Positions 40,572-54,033 of a stretch of 64,000 nucleotides of DNA are shown here, piece by piece. Position numbers and translations under genes: made by a program. Numbering within the stretch: position 1 is the stretch's first letter; each line of letters begins with the position of its first letter. This stretch comes from Spironucleus salmonicida (lineage: Eukaryota): positions 248,001-312,000 of the forward strand of contig NC_090603.1 of assembly GCF_000497125.1 (NCBI RefSeq). The letters are read 5' to 3'. The notes beneath the pieces are model-generated. The model saw nothing but the letters and a program-made list of their open reading frames with translations, did no database searches and had not been told where the DNA came from.

Positions 40572-41210
40572 CTTATTTTTCAATATATTATAATTTTAAT
40601 CATAATTTACGGATACACTACTATAAGATATTTATAATATTAATGTTTCAATAGTAAGGTCTATTGGGAATATAATTTATAAAAGACATGTTACTTAATA
40701 TTAAACTAAAGTATAGTGATATTTAATATCTACTATAAGTTCAGTTAGTAATTATTTGATAATATTTATGATTTTTGTTCATACAATGCTCAATATATAT
40801 ATAGTATTTTACTATGAACTTAACTTAATTAATAATTGTCATTTTTAAAAACTGATATTTATCCAACACTAATTAATATGCTAACAATTATAATTAATTT
40901 CTGCTTCAGCAATATGATAATACCTTACTTTCAAATAATATAAATAAAACTAAGCTTTAAGTATAATTAAATATCTGATCATACACATTCGATATAACTA
41001 AGGCTAGTGCTGAAAAATATTATAAAATAATGATCCTTAATAATTTTCAATAGTTGCTAAGAAAGGTAGATAGACTATAAATAGATATCATACTAAAATC
41101 TCATATATGTTTTTAACATAATCTATGAAAATAGCAGTATTCTTAATGACATTATTTGTTATGTAAAATTTTAATATAATATATAATTGATATTCTTTCC
41201 ACTCCCTTAA

Positions 41211-41852
41211 ATGGACCATCGCAGAGCATTTGATAAAATTTATGATTCCTTGTAATAACTTGAATAAAGAGCATTATTTAAACTTATATTTAAATAAAAA
41301 AATGAAGGTGCAACAGTATAATAATGTTAAGAATTACTAGGTCGTGCAGGAGTACGCCCAACTGAGACATCAATTTTTATCAAACAACTTCTATAGTTAC
41401 GGCACATTTAAAAGAATAAATCTGTATTAACATGTTCATTTTTCAATCAGTAGTAATAATCCGATCCTTGGTGCACTGATGGTGCTATAAATGAAAATTA
41501 TGCACAATAATTACAAAATTTAACTTTGAAGATTATCAATCAAGCATAGTCTCACCCAACATTAGAATATATTACTGCGTGTCTTAATTAGTCTGCAGCA
41601 GCTCGTGCTGAATTGACGTAAAAGTAAGCTTAAACAGTCTTAAATGTTCTAGTTTATGATGAAAAAGTTGTAGAAATTCAGACAGTAGGATATAAATTTT
41701 GGAGTGGTAAATCAAATTAAGGTAGTGGTAAACTTAATTGTGGTGCAGGAATTGGTACAGTACCTTGTGGATAATGTGAATTTGCGGGAGTTTGTGATGA
41801 TAATTTTGCAAAAGGATGTGTGTATATGAAAGAATGGTGCTAAGGTGTATGA
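41211..41852 (+). CDS. RPC34: RNA polymerase III subunit RPC34/RPC6
   Basis: PWCTDG, LNVLVYDEKV and C-terminal PCGQCEFAGVC...CVYMKEW Cys cluster. CCACTCC upstream. Confidence 0.8.
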
Positions 41853-42085
41853 AAATATATTATAGCTGCTTATAATTTTAGTATGAATGAGATTTTTTTA
41901 GTAAACCGGAGGATATTTAGACAATGGAAAAATGCGCTTGTTATTATAAAGTAGCTGAATATTAGTAGGATGGTCTTATTTATGTTATATGTTAGCGTAC
42001 AATAAATTATATCGTATATTTAGGCTTAATAAAATAACTTTAAAAATAAATAGTTATATTATGAAAAATATGAAATATAAACTTA

Positions 42086-43672
42086 TCACTCCGTTTTCTC
42101 TATCTCTTGCTGACATTCTATACCCGGTACACTTACCTTAAATAATTGGTTTAATACGCTATCTATAACATCGCTTTAGAAGTCGTTTTTAATTCTTCTT
42201 AGTCTACCGAATAATCCTGGTGCTTTAATACTCATAATATTGATATCAGGTTAGTTACTCATAATAACCTGGATAAGTAGTACGGCGGCTTTTTAGACAC
42301 TGCTACAAAGTTAAAATCTATCCATCAACTCACATACGATTTATATTAAATTAGTGGAAACAATAAGTCGAGAGTTAGGTTGTTTCATTGCATAATTTTT
42401 CAAGGCAATAATAAAAACCAAAGCATCATAAAGATGAGTGGAGAATATACCATATGTCATAAGAGCTTCTACATCATGGAAATTCAAATCTGGTAATTCA
42501 GTTTGTTAAAATGAATACTCTAGTCCTTTTTAGACAATTTACACGGCAATTTATAGTCTATGTTTATAAATATTATAAAAAGGTGATTCGGAAGCATCAA
42601 GAACGCTAAGACAGCTTGCTGGGCTGAAAACACAGATTTTTTAAATTGATTTAGTAGTAGCAATAATGGTATTATTTTTCATCATTGACATATATCGTAA
42701 GTCAAATTAATACTTACCTAACATTCTGGCATCTACTCTAATCGAAAACCGCATAATTTATTACCTAAGCTGCTCAGGAGTAACCCAAAACTCAAAATTT
42801 TGCACTGAACCATCAGGAAAAATAATCTTTAAACCAGCTGCAATCTAAACAAATGATGAGATATCAGAACTCTCCAAAGGGTTGGGAAATGCGATAATCT
42901 GAATGTTCTAAAACACCTATTCCTTCAAATCTATTTCCTACTCTTAAAAGATCAGATTTCGCACAATTAAATGGAAAATTACTGGCGCTCTATTTTACGG
43001 AACAAAAGCGATGTTCGCAGTACTCTACATGGTGAACAGATTCACAACGTTAGGAGTATAAAAATCGCTCGCATATATCATCTGATTATGCGAAACGATC
43101 CCAGAAAGGCCAGACTTATCGCTGTAGCTCTCGGGCCGGGGCTCGAAGTTGCAGCTGCTCAGATGCTCACCGTAGAGCTGGAAATCGCAGTTAAGAAGTT
43201 CCTAGCAGTTACCCCCGAAAATCTAATGGTTCCGGCAGTAAACTTTCGACTGCTGTACTATCTGGCACTCCTCGTTTGCAGTCGAGAGCGGGTAGAGCTC
43301 CAGTACTTTGATCTGCTACGAGATGGAGAGGCTCTCCTGCGTGACAGACTTTTGGGCGAACTGGAAGTTGAACTGTGCGACTTTCTGCTTCGTCGGAATA
43401 ACATAATTGGCCGTGAGGGCGCACACAGGGCATCTCGAAATCGGAATTGATGGGAGCTCGTTGTAGAGACAGCGTGTGCAGAAAACACATCCGCATGCAG
43501 CCTTTACGAGCTGCGGGTACATTTCCTCGCAGAACTTGCAGGCATGAAAATGCTGAGCCTGGGGGTAGAATTTGTCAAAATGGCATGATAGCTGCGCTGC
43601 ATTTTTGATTTGCGCCGGTGTCAGGTCAAAAGAAATATCTAGAATCGCGTAAAGCTACTGGAGCGTTGCCAT
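42086..43672 (-). CDS. RING-finger protein (528 aa)
   Basis: CKFC...CGCVFCTRC...CPVC followed by a C/H-rich YCRNH...C...HLSSC segment. C-rich motif upstream; ends GAG-TGA. Confidence 0.75.
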
Positions 43673-43950
43673 TCTGCTAAGTGGAGTGGAGGTGGAGCGG
43701 TATTTTTGTAGTGAGTGTATATATTGTAATAATAGTATATAGATATAAAAGAAAAGAAGTGAGAAATATACTGATTGATATAAAATATTTATTACTGATA
43801 ATCGTTTAAGTAGAAATTTTCAAAACAAACTTAAAATAACTATTTGTTACAATATCAGTGGATTCAGTTAAAGCAAAAGTGGATGGAGGAATAAAACATG
43901 GTTAATCTAACAATTGTTGTTTAAAGTGAAAATAAAGCATCACTTAATAA

Positions 43951-44262
43951 TCATAAAATATTCAATTATTTCGCAGCAGATTTTATGACAATTCTTTCTA
44001 ACTCTGAGCAGACAATTTTATAATCTTACTGATTGCAATTTTCCATAATCACGAGAGATGTCTGATTTGAGAAGGATATCTCGGTTCCTTAATTTGTAAA
44101 TTTTTAATCTCTTATAATTTTTATATTGGTTTCTTCAGATGAAACTTCTAATAATTCGGTAAACATTGGTGTTTATTAACTTTTAATATAGTACTATGTA
44201 GTACTATCCTCTGAAACCAAACGTGCAATTTGCATTATTAAGCTAGGATGAATTGTGAACAT
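43951..44262 (-). CDS. Small hypothetical protein (103 aa; N-terminus MFTIHPSLIMQI reminiscent of MPN-domain starts)
   Basis: TCACTCCAC lies just upstream of the ATG, and the code-6 frame is open. Confidence 0.45.
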
Positions 44263-44608
44263 TAATGTGGAGTGAAAATTAAATATTATAAATATATTAT
44301 TATATATTCAGTGACTGATATAAATAATTAAATGAGCCAGGGCACTGAATAAAGTATATCTTTTTCCATCGTTTTAAATAGTAATTAAAGCTAAATAAAT
44401 ACTAATATAACAGCTGTTTCAGCTAATCAGTAGATTTTAACTTAAATAAATAAGAACTAACGTTTTAACCTTAAATATTACATCTTGAAGAAACTACGCT
44501 CCATCGTCTTAATTCATCCTTTTAAATAGATAAATCCATTTATTACTTATTGAAGATAAATATTATTACAAATCAGTCACTCACGCCTCAATTTACGTAT
44601 TTAACCTA

Positions 44609-44932
44609 TCAAGGTAAAGCGTAAAATATTTACTCATAAATGGATATTTGATTCTCGATTTTCGTAAGACTACCAGTGAGAAATTTCATGGAAGCTATTG
44701 TCGCTTTTAACGCCCTAATACTTCTATTTAAATCATTTTTTATAGGTTCTAAATCCTGTTTTTGAATATAAATTTAGCCCTGCACTATAACAGGCAAAGT
44801 TTTGGTGCTTTTTGCTTTATACAGTTAAGGAATTAGGTAATAAAATGCACTCATTTGCGAAAGTTGTAGACGGTCCTATTTCCACACAAAATACTCAGTT
44901 TGTATACTTTAGAAAACTGTGAATTCTGACAT
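44609..44932 (-). CDS. Small hypothetical protein, possibly prefoldin-like (107 aa)
   Basis: Helix-hairpin-helix pattern LPVIVQGQIYIQK...LNRSIRALKATIASM. Confidence 0.35.
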
Positions 44933-44968
44933 TCTAATATCGCTTAAATCACCGTTAAGCAAACGTTC

Positions 44969-46033
44969 TCACTCAAACTTCATGATGCACTCGGCGCAGC
45001 CGAACAGCCCGATATTCTCCTCCATGATAACGCTGATTTTCCTATTGGTTACTACGTGGCTCAGCCTGCCCTTGTCGTTCAGGCCCTCCATGAACATGCG
45101 GCAAACGTCCTTTTGCTCAACCAGGTGAATATTTTTGGCCATTATGCCGCCTGCGATGAAAATTTCGCTGGGGAGCATCGCCACGCACAAATCGCTGATT
45201 GCGCGGCCATAGAAGTTGAAGAAAATGCCCATTATCATCATTGCGGCCTCGTTGTGCTTAGACTGCACCGAGACGTACGCTGGGCGTTCATACACATCGT
45301 CCGGGAGGGCCAGGAAATCGGAAACTGCGCCATCGGAGGGCCCAAAACCGACGTAGTCGTGCAGCTCCTGCATCGATTTCTGGAGGAAGAATTCCGCGAT
45401 AAAGGCAATTCCGCTTCCCGAGACCAACCTTTCGTACGAAACGTGCTGAATGCAAAGCTTCGTTTTCAGGAATTCGACGAGCTCGAACTCAATCTCGCAG
45501 GCTGGCGAGAAGCGCAAATGGCCGCCCTCACAGGGGTACACCTTCGAGCCAATGACGTAGCCAACGCCTAAACCGGTTCCGGCTCCCAGGTAGAGCTTAG
45601 CGCCAGTGTGAACATCGTTATTTACGATAACTTTGATCGACTCGGGAGATACGAATCTAGAGATGATCCACCAGCCGATGGCCTGGAAATCGTTAATAAA
45701 GATGGTATCATAGCCGAGTTTTGCGGCAAACTCCTTGGCGCTGTACTAATAAGCCTGATTCTCGTTCGTGAGCGTGCACGCATCGCCGTCAACAGGCCCT
45801 GCCATTGCTAGGCAGCATCCTTGGATTCCTGTGATGTTGTATTCTTAAACGAAGAGCTTTATGGCTGTTATCAGCGTAGGGTGCTCTCTGGTAACAAAAT
45901 ACTTCGAATGCATCATTTTGTTGCCTGAAATCATGGCAAGCCTGAGATTGGTTCCGCCGATATCGCCTACGATAAAGGACTTCTTTTCGCCAATTGTGTT
46001 GACGATTTTCGATGAAGCAGCATCGCAACCCAT
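44969..46033 (-). CDS. glk: Glucokinase, bacterial Glk family
   Basis: GDIGGTNLR, AMAGPV, INDFQA, LGAGTGLG, EGGH, YERLVSGSG and IAGGI. Ends GAG-TGA. Confidence 0.93.
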
Positions 46034-46269
46034 TTTGATTCGGAGCGGGAAATTATTATTGTATTATACTCCATTTAAACGGTAATTAGCGGATTGTAAG
46101 TTACAATTAAGAATATATCAGACAATTATAGCTCAAATTCCGTGGCGGTCTAGATGTTAGTTTCAATCAGTTATTATCATCTTATTATGCAGTAATGACC
46201 AATTAGCTGCCCATTAGTAAATTCAACTTTCAAAAATTTATTCTCATTATTATATAAATTATCTCACTT

Positions 46270-46788
46270 TCACTCCAGGTCCTACATCGTGAATAATTTC
46301 AGACTGCTAGCGCTGTGGCAGATCGGATTTTCCTTGCTCAGGCTGGTCCCGATGAGGCTCCGCTCTGCTTGGCTTACCTCTAGGCTGCGCTGCACAAAGC
46401 TTTTGTTGACATTTAGTGCTTTATGCGGTTTTTCGTCTTCGGGAACGTGTTGTGGCGTGTGGAAGCACCGGTACACGTCCACAGGGGCGTGCGGTGGCGG
46501 GAAGGCTTGCGATACCTTCACCTTCGGTGAGTTCTTGTAGTTTGCGGATATAACGCCTTCAATAAACTGGGAGTTTCCAGCGTTTTGTGGAGGGATCCGG
46601 ATGGGCTGCAGACGGGAGCAAGCGCTGCGCTGCCGCGTTGGCTCGGTGTTGAGCGCCTACGCCTGAATCCGCACGCCTAGCGCCAGCTCCTCCTCAACGA
46701 TTCTGCGCCGCTTCCCTGGCTGCTGCGCAAGGAACCGCGCTGAGATGAACGCGAACTCCTTCTGTAATTGCGGATTTATCTGTAGCAT
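46270..46788 (-). CDS. Hypothetical protein (172 aa)
   Basis: Open code-6 frame MLQINPQLQKEF...FTMQDLE*, ending GAG-TGA. Confidence 0.6.
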
Positions 46789-46833
46789 TTTAATTTTATA
46801 TTCTTATTAATATATAATATTATTATAAGAAAA

Positions 46834-47931
46834 ATGAATGGATTCCACCTCGTTTTCGTTACGTATGCAGTACTCGCGGGTACCAAACTTGCATCATCTA
46901 AACTCCTTATCAGACCTCGACCTGGCCTCCCGGGCGTCGTAAACTGCTTTTTGGCCCGCCCGCTCGGGGAGACGCTGCCATTTTTGCTCCTGGCCGGGTA
47001 CTTCGTTTCCACACTTTTCGTGCTGCTCGAAACGCGCGTTTTCGCGCCATAGCTGACGCGGAGGTCGGCCAGAATTGCAAATGCTTTTCAATTTTCTACT
47101 CTAAATTTTTCAAAAACTGAAATTTAGCAGGACCCACTCGTGCTCGTTATAGCTAGTCTTGCCTTCCTGGTAGCGCTGCGGCATGCGCTTACACTGTTCG
47201 CGACTCGCCCGGCGCTGCTCCCGGAGCCGAATCCCCACTCCGCCTACGCTAATTCCTGCGACATCTGCGCCCTGAAGCACGCTCCGCACTGCTATCACGG
47301 CCGCCACAGCTGCGTGTACCGCTTCGACCACTTCTGCCCCTGGGTCAACGCAGATATCGGCGCCGGAAACTAGGCTATATTCATATAATATTTAATATCG
47401 AATATCTTTTTTTCTGTTTATTCTACAGTATTTTTTGTCCGGATTGTTTTCGTTTTTTTGAAAAAATTCTACAGTGAAATAGGAGTGGAAAACCAAAATT
47501 ATAACGAATTCTTAAATAATATTTCGCTGGTTTTGATCGTTTTCAGCATCGAAAATCCGGTTATTGCTCTAAGCTTACTGTTGCAAATTGTGGTCCTCAC
47601 GAGCCTTCTGATTCAGCTTTCAGCGCAAATTTTCACACTTCGGCGTAAGAATTGTTGGTCGAGTTTCAAGTATGCGTAGAAAATAAGGAAGGGAGTGCGG
47701 AGTGGTGATATAGTTTTTGGCCAAAATGCGTAGAATTTTTATGTGTTGGAAGGGGGAGAATGTGCTAATCAAACTGGAAAAATAGAAATGGAAAATGAAG
47801 TGGTCGAAGTGGTCTATTTAGACCAAAACGCGAGTTTGGACCTGCTAAAAGACGATTTAGCAAGTGGCAGGTTCTGGGAGAACGTGATTTGGCATTTCAC
47901 GCACACTTGGGTCGTGGAGAAAGACTTTTGA
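46834..47931 (+). CDS. DHHC-family palmitoyltransferase (DHFC variant)
   Basis: TM segments and CDIC...HC...CVYRFDHFCPWVNADIGAGN. Four standard-code ORFs lie in one frame. Confidence 0.88.
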
Positions 47932-48174
47932 CCCAGAATGAGCTTATTATCACAAATAATATTAATCAAAAAACCGATTTATCCGGGTTTCTCATTTTTT
48001 TATATAATCATATACTAATGTATTTTTAAAACGTTCTAAAAATAGATTTTTTGTTTCCATATTACTTCATTATTATACATTATTTTAATTATTACTTCTC
48101 ACCAAATCACGAAACCGCCAATCATCATTATTATATGATTTAACTAATATTCTCTCCACTAACCTTCCTCATAG

Positions 48175-50796
48175 ATGAAAAACCAGCTTATCGCCGCTGC
48201 GCAGGCCGCCGAGCAGGGCGACTTCGCCCCGATCAAATCGCTGCGCGCGCAGATAACGTCGAAGGCGCTACTGTCGGCCCTGTTCTAGACTATTTTTTCG
48301 TCCCAGATGCCGCTGGCGGCGCTCTTTCACGGCCTTACGACGATAATCGACACACTGCAGACATCGCTTTTTTCAGCTGCTTTCTGCATCGATTTCGAGC
48401 CAAATTTCGCTTCTTTTTACCGGCAAACGCGGCTCGCAATCCGCGCGCTGGAGGCCTCCCCGAGCGCGTTCGCGAAACCGATAACGCGCGAGTTTGCGAA
48501 AATCACTGCGCTCCTTTCGCTCAAAACGGAGCAGATTGCGACGTTTTTCACTTCTTTTTTTACTTGCGATTTTGACTTGTTAATCTTGAACGAACTACTT
48601 ATTATTATATATTAAAAATGCGATTTTAACAGTTTCTCAGATTTGCTTTTTACGAGTTTTTCGCTCATCGCGTAGCACTTTACGCCGAAGTTCAGCGCGC
48701 TTCTGGCCAAGATCGTCTTCGGGAACAGCCTCAACGGCCGCGCGCTTCCGCCTCCGAAGGTCGCACGTGCGCTGCTGCTGCTGGCCGAGAAAAGCGATTT
48801 CCTGGAGGAGATTTTCCGCGATTTCGCGCAGAATCGCGCGCTCGCCGCGTGCCTCAGCAGCATCTTCTGCGAGCGCGCCGATGCGCAGTTCGCAGCGTTT
48901 GCGCGCAAGCTGCACGTTCTCAGCGTAACAGCGCTCGAGGGCGGAGCGCTCGAGAGCGCGCATCTGCTCGTTTTGCAGGCGCGCCACTTCGGGAACGCGG
49001 TGCTCAACTGCGGCGTCGAGGGCGCCTTCCACGGGATTCTGATGCGCTTTGACGCAGCGCTGTTTGGCGCAGGTGCTCCCATGGAGCACTTTCTGGAGTT
49101 TTGCTGCTTCCTGCAGAAGTACTTCCTGAGAGTTAAAACGCAGCTCCAGATGTACAACAACAACATTGTCAACTTCGAGCTCGAGTACCTGCTCGATAAC
49201 GTGCGCATTTGCGTGACGATCCTGAACGAGGTTTTCCGCAAGCCTGCAGTGCTCTAGCTCGTGGACTACAGCGTTCGCGAGTTCTGGCACATCGTGGTGC
49301 AGATTTCTCTGTTCTCGGAGGATTTCATTCTAGACGCGTTTCTGGACCAGTTCACGCTCATGATCGTCAATGAGAGCGATTTCGTGGTCAACATGAAGTT
49401 CATCATCAACATCTGCTTTCTGGATCTTTTCATCGAAAACGGCGCGCATTTGGTCAAGCTGATCCGCTACTTTTTCGAGCAAATCGTCGGCTTCCTGGAT
49501 GACGTGCAGGTACTCTGCCTGGGCGTGGAGGCGTTTTACCGCATCATGAGCGACCCAGAAACACTGGAACTCGCTCAGTTCAATTTGCCAGAGGCGTTCA
49601 TAGGAACAATGCTCCAAATCCACCGAATTTTGGTCGACGAGGCCGAGAAGTGCCAGCTGGTCAAGTGGTAGGAGGAGTTTTTCGAGGATAACGTGAACGA
49701 GTACGACGTTGAGCGAATCTGCCTCTTCCGCAGCATCGAGCAGGTCAACAACCTGCTCTGCGCGTGCTCAGAGTGCGAAGACCAGGACCTGCTGCAGTTG
49801 CTATCAGAGAAGGCGCTGCTCTACACACCAGTTGACAATTTGGTCAAAATCGTCGCTAAAATCGACCTCAGCAACGTCATTTCCAACAACATGCTGTTCT
49901 CGGTCATCATGCGTCAAAACGGCGTCATTTACGAGAATCAGCTCGCCCTACCAATCAACGAATTCTACCTCCAGAACACTTTATATCAGATCCAATACGA
50001 CTTCCAGCACGACCTCGCAGGCCTCTATTTCAAGATTTACGACATGCTGCTGACACCCCAAAACGCCGAATTTCTGCTAAATTCGCTCTTCGACATCGCG
50101 CCGAAATTCGTTTTTAACACCGAAAAGTCGCTCATCGACTCGTTTTCGACGAAATTTTCAGCCCAAAATCTGAAAATTCTTGCCGAGAAACTTGAAAATC
50201 TGTACAAAATTCTCAGTCCGCAGCAGCAGCAGGAGCACAATTTTCAGCTCTTTCAAATCATTTACCTGGTTTTGGACTCCTCGACGAGCACGAACGAGTT
50301 CTCGGACGTTCTTTTCGACAACCAGAACGCGAAATCGACGCTCGACTGTCAGGAAATTCTTTTTCCGTTTCTGGAAGAAAATTTCTTCTTTTCGGGTCTG
50401 AATCAGATCCTGCAGACGCACCAGTACGCGCTAGCGCTCGATTTGCTGACTTTCACGATTCAAATGCCGCCGCGGAGCGTTCACCTGAAGATCGCGGTGC
50501 AGTTTCTGGCCAAATTGGTCCAAAACTGCCTGTCTGCGCCGCTTCGCGGAAAGGACTGCATCAGCGAGCGCGAGCTCGGGATCGTTCTGAGCAAAACCGA
50601 TAACCCGCTGGAAATCATTTTTTAGGGGTACGACGATTTTTGCTTATCGAGCGAATTGGAGGTCGATCGAGAAGGACTGGAAAATCAAATTATGAGTCGA
50701 ATTGAGATAAACGAGTTTGAGCGGTGTTGCAGTATCATTTTTGGCGACATCATTCGGGAGGTTATTGAGGAGGTTAAGCGCTTTGTGTTCAAATGA
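48175..50796 (+). CDS. Large alpha-helical (ARM/HEAT-like) hypothetical protein (873 aa)
   Basis: ORFs 48307, 48973, 49261 and 49693 share one frame. High GC3 and L/F/I-rich helical composition. Confidence 0.75.
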
Positions 50797-50964
50797 AAAT
50801 TTCGCAAGTAGAGATTTTCCGAATAAGGAGTGTGGAGTGTAGTAAATTTTTTATTAATTCCTGTATAATAATATGTTATTTTTGCATTAAAAAGTGTTTC
50901 TAATATAATAGTGTATATAATTATATAATAATCAATTTATTTAACAATATTTCCACTCCAAAAA

Positions 50965-51600
50965 ATGACAATTAATCCAAATCATCTGACATATCTATTA
51001 TTAACGTTCCCTGACGTCTAATAGGCTACCCTGCTCGAGCAGGGCTCACAGCTACTGAAGCTTACGTTTTTGTTAGTGGATAATTATCCGGATCACTACG
51101 GAAACAGGGATATTTTTGTGTTGCGTGAAGCGATCTGTAAAATGCTCAAAATTAGTTGTAAATGTATCATATTCTACCCCACTCGCGCAGTAGCGGCATT
51201 GATTGTGAATCCGCAGCGCACCAATTTCCTTGCCTGCCGCTACTACAAAAACCTAGGACTTCCGAAGGGCGGGATAGAGGGCAACGAGCCCTGCCACGAG
51301 GCGTGTAGCAGGGAGGTCTTTGAGGAAACAGGCCTCCAGATTGAGTTTACTAATGCCCCTTGGGAACAGTTTGACTTAGGGGACCAAATCGTTATCGTCT
51401 TCATGAGCGTTGTGAATCACCTTAAAATGGAAAGCTTAAAGCCGCTTTCCGACGAGGAAATCCACGGATACAGTCTAGTAAAGATAAGTAGAATGAACAC
51501 TTTGACAAAAAAATGGTAGAAAATAGCCTAACAACTGCAGACGCTAGCCCAGCTTAGGCGCTAGCCAACGGATTTAATTTTACAACAGTTCTCTGAGTGA
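50965..51600 (+). CDS. Nudix hydrolase, possibly DCP2-like decapping enzyme
   Basis: Nudix box GLPKGGIEGNEPCHEACSREVFEETGL with an N-terminal helical region. CCACTCC upstream; ends GAG-TGA. Confidence 0.8.
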
Positions 51601-52589
51601 TTTGTGTTGATATTGGTGATATCAAATAGGCTATTTTGGGGTAAATCTGTTGTAATAGTATGCTTAAATTTTTGATTTGTGGTATTCGCAGGATAATTTG
51701 ATTTGTTTTCTACACGTAAATGATAGAAAAAAATGATATTATAATGCCCAATTCATAATTTTTCAGTGAAGAAAATAGTATATAGTAATATATTATTATA
51801 ATAGTTACATATGTATTAGATTTATCGGGGTTTTTCTGTTAAAATAGAATATTTCGTTATTATATGCATTAGGTAGTTTTCATAAAAAATAGAACTAATA
51901 TAATCAGAGTAATATTGAAAATAAGTGAAGGTTATATTTTAGCTGTCTTTCACTTAAAATATAATCTACACCAAATAAAATAAATGAAATATGAGTACAG
52001 TTTAAACTATAAAATTTTGTGATTAAATTAATAAAGTAACTATATTCTCATATAATTTCATATGGAATCTTATTAACAAAAAGTTTGGTAAATTAAATGG
52101 TAATAGTATTGTAATTAGATCAGTAGTGTTGTATTTTCTTCAAAAAGTACAGGATAAAAATATGGATCCGATTGTATGATTAAGATAATAACTATATTAT
52201 TTATTATTCTATTATACAGACTAAATATTGTCTTCAGATCAATCCCTTTCATTAAAAGTGAAGCCAATAATTCGAAGAACAACATGCTAGATGAGAGAGC
52301 CTAGTAGCATGAACTCCTCTTCAAATTAGGCGCTATCAATTGAGTCATATAGTGGCTCAGATGTAGCCTTAGAACTTATGCATTATGTAAGCTTTTCTGA
52401 CTCTATCTGGATCACCGCAGATTGTGGGCCAATTCTAGTAAACTTATTAGTACTAGACCTATCAGAGTCAGATTTTTGAATTAATATGTGTGAATAAAGA
52501 TACTTTATATTCATTAACTTATAATTTTCAAGCAACTCTTGATTTTTGAAGAAACAATTTAATAAAAGCAAGAATTGAGATTTATACAA

Positions 52590-53072
52590 TCACATCCCAA
52601 AACCATGCCAATGGACTTCATTAAGTACATTTTATACCCTAAGTTCTGGTGATACAAAATGTTAATCAGGTATTAGAACTTCATCTTATAGAGGTGGTAT
52701 ATTCTACTTGGTTTGACGTAAAAAGGATTACTTTACTGGGTCTGGAACTTGATTATTTGATATTATAGCTCTAGAGCGTGATAAAGCACTTCCTAGTAAT
52801 ATAGAAGCTTCGCCAGTTCTTAATAATTATTAAGGATACTATTTTTATGGCACTTACTAGCGAGTACCGTTCATATGAGATAAAAATACATTTGAAGATG
52901 TAAGATTTGATATTTTAAATTCTTCAACAGGCTTAATACTTGATTTTTATGATTTTTAACCATGGGATGAATCAGAATAGTCAAAATATGCACTTCCTGC
53001 ACTTATGGTACTAGAAATACTCCCCAAACGCTTATCTCTGATTTCAAGAATACGTGCTACCTAAAAGTCCAT
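52590..53072 (-). CDS. Hypothetical Ser-rich protein (160 aa)
   Basis: CCGCTCC-ATA-ATG start context; open code-6 frame to TGA 52590. Confidence 0.6.
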
Positions 53073-54033
53073 TATGGAGCGGTTTTCAATTTTCTAGTTT
53101 CGGATATATAAACTATATTTTTATAATTAATAATTTTCTTCTACGCAATATTTATAATAAATTTTTCTTTATTCCTACCTCAAGTATTACTTCTATTAAA
53201 CTTACTATAACCTATTTTAACTACCCATATGGCAATAAATTTTTCTTTGATATCAAATATGCTTTAGCAAACCATCTATTATTAATCTACACTTCCTTAT
53301 AATGTTATATATCAATGATTACTAATCAATTTATATATCTGGTAAATGGTTAATGTTTAAATCATATTATACTTTTATCGAAAAAATAACATTAATGACC
53401 ACTCTATATGCAAAATTAAAATATTATTATTTCTAAATATTCTTAATTTGAATCATCATAATATTTTTTTAAATATAATTTTCTTATTATGATGATTAAT
53501 CGTTTAGTAAAACTTATTAATCTAGTAAAAAAATTAAAATTAGTCTATTTAAAATACAAAATCATCATATAATTAATATAAAATAATAATAAAGATACAG
53601 GGAAATAAATTTTAGGAATTTTATAATTCTTCTGAGATTTCAAAGGTTTTAATTGTAAAAATATTTAAAATACTTTTTATTAAATTTAATAGCAGGTAAT
53701 TTAATGTAAAGGATTTAAAATATTTAGATTAATAATATTAAATTTTAGCTTAAAATTATTATAAATTTAATGTAAAACATAAAAAAAGATGATTAATTTT
53801 TTATATAATAATTAAATTTTTTATAAAATCCTGATTATATAGTTTCAATAATTTTCACGAAGTACGTCTATGATTAATGATGGAGAATCTTATCTTAACA
53901 TATTATCTATAAATTAAAATTTATTATATAAACAATAATTAAGAACGTACAATAAACATTAAAGAATAAAGATTAATATAATTTTTGCACAAATTAGTGA
54001 TTTAATTTAGGTTATTTATAAAAAATTAATCGA

